This document shows positions 37,329 through 45,500 of a stretch of DNA of 64,000 bases, in pieces. The position numbers and the translations under genes were made by a program. The notes beneath the pieces are model-generated. The model saw nothing but the letters and a program-made list of their open reading frames with translations, had not been told where the DNA came from and made no database searches. The stretch's first letter is position 1. Every line of letters begins with the position of its first letter. This DNA is from Desulfobacterales bacterium (GTDB lineage: Bacteria > Desulfobacterota > Desulfobacteria > Desulfobacterales > UBA11574): contig JAQYVT010000001.1 of the NCBI GenBank assembly GCA_030145345.1, positions 13,013-77,012 of the forward strand, given 5' to 3'.

Positions 37329-39413
37329 TTACAAATCCAATATTATCCTAAAATTACTCCCGCTTCCAAGCTTACTTTCAACTTCAATACGTCCGCCGAT
37401 TTTCTCAATAAGATTTTGGACAATATACAATCCGAGTCCGATGCCGTCTTCCGAAGACTTTGTCGTAAAAAAAGGGATAAATATTTTTTCCAAGGTTTTT
37501 TCGTCCATACCGCCGCCATTGTCACTGACTTCGATGGTGAGTCGATTTTCTCTGGAATCCTCCATGGAAACAACCAGATTAACGTTTGAATTTTCCTCAA
37601 ACGGCTTCTCGAAGGCCTGGGCTGCATTGATCAGAAGATTTATCAATATCTGTTCTAAAGATTGCGAATCGATCCGCACTTCCGGCAAGTTTTCCGAAAT
37701 ATGAACATTAAAGGTTTGTACCGTTCTTTTAATTTTGCTCCTGCAAAACCCAACCACTTTTTCAATGATGGGTTTCAGATCGATTTTTTCAATTCTCTTA
37801 TCTTCGCTGGGCTTTGAAAATACTTTTAAGTCCCGAACGATGGATTTGATTTGTCTGGAGCCGTGTTGAACATTATCAAGAAGTTCAAAAATATCTTCAC
37901 GGAATTCAGGATAAGACATATACAAAATTTCCAGATCCGGATGTTTTTGGGCGTATTCATCGACCATGGGCATCACGACATTAAGGTAATCCCTTAAAAT
38001 GGGAATGTTGACGGAAATATAATTGTTCGGGTTGTTGATCTCATGGGCAATACCCGAAATGAGAACACCCAGGGCCGCCATTTTTTCCCGCTGTATCAGT
38101 TGTCTTTCCGACATCTTCGATTCAGTGATGTCGGTGATACGGATGATGGCGGACCTAGACTCGCCATACTTCTCCTTCATAGGATATATTACGACCCGTT
38201 CCAGTCTTTCCGGGTTCATAAATCCATTCCGTTCAAAACCCACATGCCGCCCCTCAAAAACCGCGGGTGCAATGTTACAGTCTTCACAGGGGGTTGATCG
38301 GTCCTTGAATACCCGATAGCAGGTTTTTTCCATTAAATCTCGGCCCTTAATTTTGTAGTACGCTATCGCCGCCTTGTTGAGCATCTTTACTGTCAGATGT
38401 CCGTCTAAAAGGAGGAGAGGCTCTGAAATTCCGTCGAATACCGATTGAAGCCTATTTTTGGTTTTTAAAACCTCTTCCTGGGCATGGGTCCGTTCCACCA
38501 CCTCTTTTTTTAAATCAGCGGTCCGCTGGTCCACACGTTTTTCCAGTTCAAGATTGAGGGTGTTCAGTTCTTCTTCGCGCTGTTTTAAATTTCTGAATAG
38601 GAGACTGTAGGGCTTCACAAAACCGGACTCGATAATCGATTTATATATGAGATAAAAGGATATCAGCTTCAGGAAATGGCCTATAAGATTAGAAAGGCCA
38701 TGGACTTTGATATAGAATGTAAAGGCCAATTCGGAACCGATCGTAAGAATGATGGATGCTATCAATAGCCTAAAGATGTTTTTATCGAACTCTTTCTGTT
38801 TTTGAAACAGGAGAAAAATGGAACCCATGAGCATTAGGCAGATAAAATATTCGCTGATCTTTTTGAACCGTGTCAGTCCCGTCCCTTCAATAAAACAGTC
38901 GGGGAAAATGTTCCAATAAAAAATGGATGCCAGCATAAGGGATACCAACAAGGCATAACTCATAAACACAACGCGCGTGTTCAGTTTTCGAGGGATGAAA
39001 AGCGGCGCAATCAGAAGAGACATGCTCTCTATGTAACGGGCTGAAATCCACAACTGGGTGGGCAGGTTTGCATCATATCCGGAAAATATTCCCATGCCTT
39101 TATAGGCCAATGTATGGACCAGATCCAAACCTCCGATGAACAGATAGGCGATCCCGAGGAAAAGGAGATAATTATTGTCCAGAAATCTCCGGGAGTTCCA
39201 AGCAACCACAAAAATACCGCAGGCTACAAAAATACTAAATATTTCGGATAGACTGTGAAAAAGAAGGTAATTGTAAAGGCTGGATAGATATAGACCGGCC
39301 AGAATCACAATCCATATCGCAGATATTGTCCAATTTCCGGTGACGCCAGATGGCTTCGCCATGACTCTACCCCTGTTGTAAATGCGGAGAAGGCGTGAGA
39401 TAGAAGCTCCCAA
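37329..39413 (-). CDS. Membrane sensor histidine kinase (polytopic N-terminal domain, PAS, HisKA, HATPase)
   Basis: 694 aa with about 7-8 TM helices, a coiled coil, a PAS-like region, the H-box SGIAHEINNP, and N/G boxes (DNGGGM, GIGLGL). An alternative start is at MAKPSG (39362). Confidence 0.9.
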   Translation of the reverse strand: MGASISRLLRIYNRGRVMAKPSGVTGNWTISAIWIVILAGLYLSSLYNYLLFHSLSEIFSIFVACGIFVVAWNSRRFLDNNYLLFLGIAYLFIGGLDLVHTLAYKGMGIFSGYDANLPTQLWISARYIESMSLLIAPLFIPRKLNTRVVFMSYALLVSLMLASIFYWNIFPDCFIEGTGLTRFKKISEYFICLMLMGSIFLLFQKQKEFDKNIFRLLIASIILTIGSELAFTFYIKVHGLSNLIGHFLKLISFYLIYKSIIESGFVKPYSLLFRNLKQREEELNTLNLELEKRVDQRTADLKKEVVERTHAQEEVLKTKNRLQSVFDGISEPLLLLDGHLTVKMLNKAAIAYYKIKGRDLMEKTCYRVFKDRSTPCEDCNIAPAVFEGRHVGFERNGFMNPERLERVVIYPMKEKYGESRSAIIRITDITESKMSERQLIQREKMAALGVLISGIAHEINNPNNYISVNIPILRDYLNVVMPMVDEYAQKHPDLEILYMSYPEFREDIFELLDNVQHGSRQIKSIVRDLKVFSKPSEDKRIEKIDLKPIIEKVVGFCRSKIKRTVQTFNVHISENLPEVRIDSQSLEQILINLLINAAQAFEKPFEENSNVNLVVSMEDSRENRLTIEVSDNGGGMDEKTLEKIFIPFFTTKSSEDGIGLGLYIVQNLIEKIGGRIEVESKLGSGSNFRIILDL

Positions 39414-39609
39414 CAGCCCCGGAAGGCGGGATTTTTGCCCCGGTCAAACAGAAAAAACGATGGGTTTCGCCGGGGAAACTTCGCTCTAACACGCTGAAGT
39501 AAATCTTCGGCTGGGCGTAACCTAACATAGAGGGGGGTGAACTTCAAATATTTTCATTTATTCAAAGGGGATTAACGTGGTTGCTCCCGTTGAAAGCGGA
39601 GGGGGGGAT

Positions 39610-39650
39610 GAAGATGGGGATCGGCAATACCGTTGCGTCTCCCCATCTTC
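39610..39650 (-). terminator. Hairpin downstream of the ompA-like gene (terminator-like, no clear U-tract)
   Basis: Perfect 11-bp stem GAAGATGGGGA (39610-39620) / TCCCCATCTTC (39640-39650). Confidence 0.35.
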
Positions 39651-39680
39651 AGAGTTATAGGGTCAGGATGACCGGATTAT

Positions 39681-40859
39681 TTATTGAATCGGGGTTAATT
39701 CAACCCTGCGGTTTTTGGCACGTCCGGCCTTGGTGTCATTGCCGGCAGCCGGCTTGGTTAGCCCGAAACCCTTCACGGTAAGACGTTCAGCCTCAACGCC
39801 GTTATCAACGAAATATTTCATGACGGCGTTGGCGCGTCTTTCGGAAAGTTTCATGTTATAAGCGGCAGGACCAAGATTGTCCGTATGTCCGTCGACTTCA
39901 ACTTTGATGGCCGAATTCTTTTTGAGTATAATCACCGCCTCATCGAGCATGGGGTGAGCCTCGGCCTTAATTTCAGCGCTGTCAAAATCAAACAGCACAA
40001 CCGCGGCGTAGGTCCAACATCCCCTGGCATCAACGGTGGCGCCCTTGGGGGTATTGGGACACTGATCCTTATCGTCCGTCACGCCGTCGCCGTCACTGTC
40101 CATGGGTTTTGCAACCGGCTTGGGAGCTGGCTTGGGGGCCGGCTTGGCTAAAAATATTCCTTCCACAAACCCGGCCATGTTCGCCGACGAAGCCAGTCTG
40201 TCGACGGTGGTGGAAATGCCGCACCCGCCGGCTTTGACAATCGCTTCCAGGGTCATTTTACCGGCAGGATCGTCTCCCACCTGTACGGTGTCGATGCAAA
40301 CTCTGTCACCGAACTGGCTTTTCATGGCCTCGGCAGCCTTCAACGGTTGTGGATCCATTTGTTTTCCATCGCTGACGATAATGACCGCTATTGGACCTTG
40401 GGACGACTTTAAGTCCTCGCCGGCAGCGTTGATGGCTTTTGCCAGGGCAAGAGAACTGTCCCCGCTGGGCCCCTTTACAGAATTTAGGGCCTCTCCAAAT
40501 CCCGAAGTCGAATATTGCGTCGGTCCGTAAACCAGCAAGGTCGACTTGTCGGGGAGGCTGGCGCTGTGACCAAAGGTTCTGAGTTCCGCATTGTACTTCA
40601 GCTCCGGAAGGGTCTGATTCATGGCGGTCAAAAAATCTTTGGCGATTTTGGCTTTTTCCTTTTTCGCATATTTTTCCGACATTGAATAAGACGCGTCCAG
40701 GATCACCGCAAAATTGTCAACCTTGGGCACGTACTGATTTGCGTTAAACTTGTAAGGCTCGAAAGACGGTGCGGTCTTCACAACTTTTTTGCCGCCACAA
40801 CCGATCAGCAGGGTGCTGATCATTAAAATAAACAATAGTCTCAAATAACGCTTGGCCAT
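39681..40859 (-). CDS. Lipoprotein with vWA-like domain, thrombospondin type-3 repeat and C-terminal OmpA peptidoglycan-binding domain
   Basis: Lipobox LLIGC; a MIDAS-like ILDASYSM; the PAPKPAPKPVAKP linker; DSDGDGVTDDKDQCPNTP; and the OmpA_C motifs FDFDSAEI...NLGPAAYNMKLSERRANAV...NRRVEL. AAGGAGG RBS. Confidence 0.88.
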   Translation of the reverse strand: MAKRYLRLLFILMISTLLIGCGGKKVVKTAPSFEPYKFNANQYVPKVDNFAVILDASYSMSEKYAKKEKAKIAKDFLTAMNQTLPELKYNAELRTFGHSASLPDKSTLLVYGPTQYSTSGFGEALNSVKGPSGDSSLALAKAINAAGEDLKSSQGPIAVIIVSDGKQMDPQPLKAAEAMKSQFGDRVCIDTVQVGDDPAGKMTLEAIVKAGGCGISTTVDRLASSANMAGFVEGIFLAKPAPKPAPKPVAKPMDSDGDGVTDDKDQCPNTPKGATVDARGCWTYAAVVLFDFDSAEIKAEAHPMLDEAVIILKKNSAIKVEVDGHTDNLGPAAYNMKLSERRANAVMKYFVDNGVEAERLTVKGFGLTKPAAGNDTKAGRAKNRRVELTPIQ

Positions 40860-40934
40860 AATTTACCTCCTTGTTTTCCTTTGTTTGAATGTAAGATTTT
40901 ATGTAAAAAAGAAATAACAACCCGTCCATGCGTA

Positions 40935-41747
40935 TTATTCCTTATGACTATATAGGTGCACGTCTCGCTGTGGAAAGGGAATTGAAACGCCTTCTGCATC
41001 AAAGCGCTTTTTAATGGTTTCGGTTACATCAAACCAAAGATCCCAATAATCCAAAACGTTCACCCATGGACGAACCGCAAAATCCACACTGCTGTCTCCC
41101 AGCGCTAACACCGCAATTTTGGGAGGCGGGTCTTTCAAGACACGGGGATCATTATCAATGACATCGGTGATAATATTTCTGGCCTTATCCATATCGTCAC
41201 CATAGCCAATGCCAAAAACCATATCCACCCGCCGGGTTCCCTTTGCGGAGAAGTTTACGATGTTGTCGCCGCTTAACTTTGCGTTGGGGATAATTATGGT
41301 CTTGTTGTCGGGTGTTTTCAACTGTGTGGTGAAGATTTGAATTTTTTCAACGGTTCCTGCAACCCCGGCACCTTCGATGAACTCCCCGACCTTGAACGGT
41401 CGGAAAATAATCATCAAAAACCCGGCGGCAAAGTTTGAGAGAGACCCCTGCAGCGCAAGACCGATGGCAAGACCGGCGGCACCGATAACCGCGATAAACG
41501 AGGTTGTTTGTATGCCGAGCTGTCCCAGCGCCGCCAAAACCACGAAAATCAATAAAGCGATGTAGATCAAATGGGCGACAAAGGAGACGATGGTGGGATC
41601 CACCTGCCTTTTGTTCATTATTTTTTCTGCAACACCGCTCAAGCCCTTGGCGACCCATCGCCCCACGATCAAAACCGCAATGGCGGCAACGACTTTAAGG
41701 CCGTAAATCGTCAGCAACTCCCAAATTTTTGCAACGATATTTTCCAC
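40935..41747 (-). CDS. Small-conductance mechanosensitive channel (MscS family)
   Basis: Three TM helices followed by the MscS beta-domain (FKVGEFIEGAGVAGTVEKIQIFTTQLKTPDNKTIIIPN). The start was set at a GTG (VENIVAK) with AAGGA 8 nt upstream; the track uses the TTG at 41795. Confidence 0.85.
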   Translation of the reverse strand: MENIVAKIWELLTIYGLKVVAAIAVLIVGRWVAKGLSGVAEKIMNKRQVDPTIVSFVAHLIYIALLIFVVLAALGQLGIQTTSFIAVIGAAGLAIGLALQGSLSNFAAGFLMIIFRPFKVGEFIEGAGVAGTVEKIQIFTTQLKTPDNKTIIIPNAKLSGDNIVNFSAKGTRRVDMVFGIGYGDDMDKARNIITDVIDNDPRVLKDPPPKIAVLALGDSSVDFAVRPWVNVLDYWDLWFDVTETIKKRFDAEGVSIPFPQRDVHLYSHKE

Positions 41748-42147
41748 AGTTGAAATCCTTTTTGAATAATTGTTTGAACCCCCACCATATATCAATCAAA
41801 TTGCCGAAAGGTCAGCGAACCGATGTTAAAAACCATAAAAATCCTTTTTGGAAAAAATACCACAGGGTTTTTGGGATGTTTAAATTCGAATGAAAAATTG
41901 AGCCCTATTCGAATTTTATTAATCACCGATCAAACTTTTTAAGTTTATGCAGGAATGGGAAACAACAGATATCAAAGCAATAACTATGCCAAGGGTGGTG
42001 AATGCCGTATCGCTTACAGGGGAATGAACTTAAACATTATTCTATAACACATTCACAACTTAATGCAACAGTGTCGAAGTATTTTTCCTTTTTTTGAAGT
42101 AACGGTTCACCGCATATCTGCCATTGGCATCCATCGATTTTTTTGTT

Positions 42148-42389
42148 CATGTTCAGGGGGTGCGCTTCTCCGAGTAACGATACCTGCCCGCTCGTGCCTT
42201 GCATGGCAGGCGGGTTCGCGGAGTGGTTTGGTCATTTCAATGACTTAGCTGTGGGGGAGACTGCGGCTCCCCCACAGCTTTTTGCTGAAGAACGCGGAGG
42301 GGGCAGGAATGCCCCCGATGCTAAGTCTTTTTAATGACCAGACACGGTGACACCCGAGTGAAACAGGGAAGCGCACCCCCTGAACACGT
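42148..42389 (+). mobile_element. MITE-like non-coding palindromic element, copy 2
   Basis: Same termini as copy 1 (GTTCAGGGGGTGCGCTTC...GAAGCGCACCCCCTGAACACGT). Long identical blocks include ATTTCAATGACTTAGCTGTGGGGGAGAC, AGAACGCGGAGGGGGCAGGAATGCCCCCG and AATGACCAGACAC. It carries an extra insert of about 32 nt. Confidence 0.7.
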
Positions 42390-42419
42390 CGGACTTTTTA
42401 TCTAAAAAGGGGCTTTATC

Positions 42420-42435
42420 TTGTCTCATGAGACAA
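42420..42435. promoter_or_regulatory. Perfect 16-bp palindrome (possible operator)
   Basis: TTGTCTCATGAGACAA, located between MITE copy 2 and the predicted cfa promoter. Confidence 0.25.
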
Positions 42436-42597
42436 TTGTGTTTCAAATTCAATTTGGAACAACACCGTTTCACCCCAAGTGCACAGAGGTTAGGGGAAGT
42501 TCCCGGTGAAATCGGCATTGTTTGCCCTGGCTTTGGGTATTAAATTCTTGGACAGCATCCCCGGTATCTTGATTCCCGAAATTCGTCTGGCCAACGG

Positions 42598-42626
42598 TTG
42601 ACAACGCGGTATTATTTAATTAAAAT
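42598..42626 (+). promoter_or_regulatory. Candidate sigma-70 promoter giving a ~250-nt cfa leader
   Basis: TTGACA (42598-42603), a 17-nt spacer, then TAAAAT (42621-42626). Confidence 0.4.
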
Positions 42627-42667
42627 TTATATATGGATAGAAGCCATTTCAAAACCTTTGGGGGGAG

Positions 42668-42861
42668 TTGTCGAAAAGCCATTATGGATGGAGCGGGTAT
42701 ATTTTGCAGCTGTTTGAAGGCAACCGGCCGAGTTCTACAAATTTAGTGCCACGCCCTTGACCTTTTACAGGGCCATAGGGCGCAAACCAACGAATCTTAG
42801 ATCTTGAAATAGCGTCTAACCAATTGAAATAAAAGGTTCTATCCCTACTTTATTTGGCCGC
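42668..42861 (+). repeat. Diverged dispersed repeat, family 2, copy B
   Basis: Collinear similarity to 28396-28558 (see that entry). It lies between the predicted promoter and the cfa RBS. Confidence 0.6.
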
Positions 42862-42885
42862 TCACCCGAGAGAGAGGATAAAGTC

Positions 42886-44004
42886 ATGGATAGCAATACG
42901 TTTTATAAAAAAATACAGCACCTTTTATCCTTTGCCGATGTTAAAATCAACGGGGACCGTCCATGGGACATACAGGTTCACAATGAAAAACTATACCCGA
43001 GAATTCTGGCTGAAGGCTCCCTGGGGTTGGGCGAAGCATACATGGACGGTTGGTGGGACTGTGAAAATCTTGATGGGTTGGTTTATAGAGTCCTAAAGGC
43101 GAATCTCGACGCTAAGGTCAATGCCTGGAAGGATCTATTCTCGTTTTTAAATGCCAGGCTTTTCAATTTGCAAAAGACGTCCCGGGCTTTTCAAATCGGC
43201 CGGCATCATTACGATATCGGCAATGAGCTCTACCAACACATGCTCGACAGGCTTTGGATCTACAGTTGTGGTTATTGGAAGAATGCTTCCACCCTGGATG
43301 AAGCCCAGGAAGCAAAGCTGGACCTGATCTGCCGAAAGTTACAGCTTCAACCGGGAATGCGCGTTCTCGATATTGGCTGTGGTTGGGGAGGAACTGCCAA
43401 ATTCATCGCCGAACAGTATCACGCCGATGTTGTGGGTATTACCGTTTCCGAAAAACAGGCTGGTTTTGCAAAAGAATTCTGCCGTGGCCTGCCCGTCGAG
43501 ATCCGTATGGAGGATTATCGAAGCCTGAAAGGCGTTTTCGATAGAATTGTTTCCATCGGTATGATCGAGCATGTGGGGTACAAAAACTACAAAACATTTA
43601 TGCAGGTGGTCCATCGATGTCTCAAGGAAGAGGGTCTCTTCCTCCTGCAAACCATCGGTAGTAACCGGTGTAAAAAAAATTGCGATCTTTGGGTCGAGCG
43701 GTATATATTTCCGAATTCAATGTTGCCGTCGCCCAAACAACTCACTGTCGCAATGGAAAACCTATTCATCCTTGAAGACTGGCATAATTTCGGCACTGAT
43801 TATGATAAAACCTTGATGCACTGGTTTCAAAATTTCCAAAACAGCTGGTATCTTCTCAAAGATAAATACGGTGATCGTTTCTACCGGATGTGGAAATTTT
43901 ATCTGTTGTCCCTTGCCGGCGCTTTCCGCGCCAAAAGAAACCAGTTGTGGCAGATCGTCCTTTCCCCCAACGGGGTTTCCAATGGATATTGCGCACCATG
44001 CTAA
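42886..44004 (+). CDS. cfa: Cyclopropane-fatty-acyl-phospholipid synthase
   Basis: 372 aa with HYDIGNELY, YSCGYWKNA..LDEAQEAKLDLICRKLQLQPGMRVLDIGCGWGG, closely parallel to E. coli Cfa. Confidence 0.93.
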   Translation: MDSNTFYKKIQHLLSFADVKINGDRPWDIQVHNEKLYPRILAEGSLGLGEAYMDGWWDCENLDGLVYRVLKANLDAKVNAWKDLFSFLNARLFNLQKTSRAFQIGRHHYDIGNELYQHMLDRLWIYSCGYWKNASTLDEAQEAKLDLICRKLQLQPGMRVLDIGCGWGGTAKFIAEQYHADVVGITVSEKQAGFAKEFCRGLPVEIRMEDYRSLKGVFDRIVSIGMIEHVGYKNYKTFMQVVHRCLKEEGLFLLQTIGSNRCKKNCDLWVERYIFPNSMLPSPKQLTVAMENLFILEDWHNFGTDYDKTLMHWFQNFQNSWYLLKDKYGDRFYRMWKFYLLSLAGAFRAKRNQLWQIVLSPNGVSNGYCAPC

Positions 44005-44046
44005 CCCGAATATTTCATAAAAAGTCCGTGCTCGCAACAATTCGAG

Positions 44047-45294
44047 TCAGAACTCAACTACGCAACGCACGGCGGATATGAATCCAGAAGGGCTGTCTCC
44101 CTGCTTCATCTTGTTCTCCTGATATTGGAGATCGACGGTGAGCGCAACGTACTTGTTGAGTAAAAATCGGACATACGTTTCGAAAACATGGGCTTTATCC
44201 AGATCTTGATTGCCGCCGTCCACGAATGCGTACCCGATGCCGATATTGTCTTGTTCCCGTCTCCACAGTCTTCCGTTGATGTCAAGTCCGCCGGAATACA
44301 ACTCATTGGCCTGTATGGCAGCATCGTCATCTTGCCGGCCGAACCGAATCCAGGCACCCAGGATCTTTCCCAGTTGTTGATCAAAGGACAATATTACACA
44401 CTGCTTTGATTCCAGATTGTCCCCCGCACGATTGTTGAAGTCTTTGCTGGTCCATTGAACATTCACACGATAATGTCCCTCGCCCAATCTGGTTTCCATG
44501 GTATAACCCAAACTAGCGCCATAAAATTGGTAACTTCTAGCGTCGTCATTTTCGCCCACACTCATGGTAACACCTTTAAGTGTAAATGGGTCCAATTCCC
44601 ACTCTACGGCACCCCCCAAATCATAGGAAGGAACAAAACCATTGGGGGCATTTGTCAGCACCTGGTTCATGAACTGGACGAATCCATCGTTGGCATAGGC
44701 ATTTTCGTCCAGATAGTCTGTTCCATCGATGAGTCCTCCGGTAATTCCCAATGTGCCGGCTTTATGGAAGGTAAAGGTATGTTTGTACCAGGCCGTAAGA
44801 AGATAATCCCGATTCCGCCCATTGATATTTTTTACATCATCCTCCAGGTCTGCCGCCCACGGTGCAAAAATAAAGGGAGATACCGTTGCATCGTTCAAGG
44901 CGTTGCCGGCCGCAAACCCAAACTTGGTTAATATTTCATCGGCATCTGTCAGGGCAAAACCGATTTCGGGCTGAAAGACAAAGGCGCCTCGCCCGGTATC
45001 ATCAAAACCAGGGGCGTCATCCACACTTTGGTATTGGTAGACACCTGCAGCCACGCCCCCTACAGATATTTTGTCGAAGATCTCAGGGCTTGACGGCTCA
45101 TGATCCCTCGCCTTCTCTATATTTACAACGCGTTCCTCCATTACTTCAATTCGTTGTTCTAACGCGTCGTGGGATGTCTGACCCAAGGCGTTTTGAAGCC
45201 CCGGCGCCAAAGACACGAAAAAAATTGCCGCGATCGTTATTAAAATCTGTTGTGCTGCCGTCGTCCCCGGGTTCCCCTTTTTTCGTTCCACCAC
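44047..45294 (-). CDS. Outer-membrane beta-barrel porin (OprB/carbohydrate-porin-like) with an N-terminal coiled coil
   Basis: 415 aa with a signal sequence, the LEQRIEVMEERVVNIEK coiled coil, alternating beta-strand pattern rich in aromatics and Gly, and a C-terminal ...VVEF. Confidence 0.6.
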   Translation of the reverse strand: MVERKKGNPGTTAAQQILITIAAIFFVSLAPGLQNALGQTSHDALEQRIEVMEERVVNIEKARDHEPSSPEIFDKISVGGVAAGVYQYQSVDDAPGFDDTGRGAFVFQPEIGFALTDADEILTKFGFAAGNALNDATVSPFIFAPWAADLEDDVKNINGRNRDYLLTAWYKHTFTFHKAGTLGITGGLIDGTDYLDENAYANDGFVQFMNQVLTNAPNGFVPSYDLGGAVEWELDPFTLKGVTMSVGENDDARSYQFYGASLGYTMETRLGEGHYRVNVQWTSKDFNNRAGDNLESKQCVILSFDQQLGKILGAWIRFGRQDDDAAIQANELYSGGLDINGRLWRREQDNIGIGYAFVDGGNQDLDKAHVFETYVRFLLNKYVALTVDLQYQENKMKQGDSPSGFISAVRCVVEF

Positions 45295-45500
45295 AAACCC
45301 TCCTTTCTAAACAAAAAAACCACGATCGGTGCCACCTTCTGATGACATTATCCTTCGTGGTTGTGTGTGTTCGAGTTCTTTTTTTTTTGCTTTGGATGAG
45401 AGGCTTCATTACCCCGTTATTTAAATTTTTTACAATAACGTGGGGAGGGGTGTCAATAAATTTTCCAGGGGTCTTGCCCAAGACTTTCAACATCGGAAAG

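Noticed and set aside
42063-42334. Track ORFs 42063-42248 and 42143-42334.
   Set aside because: They lie within or across the MITE-like repeat, have no RBS, and the homologous copy at 15625-15839 does not preserve either frame.
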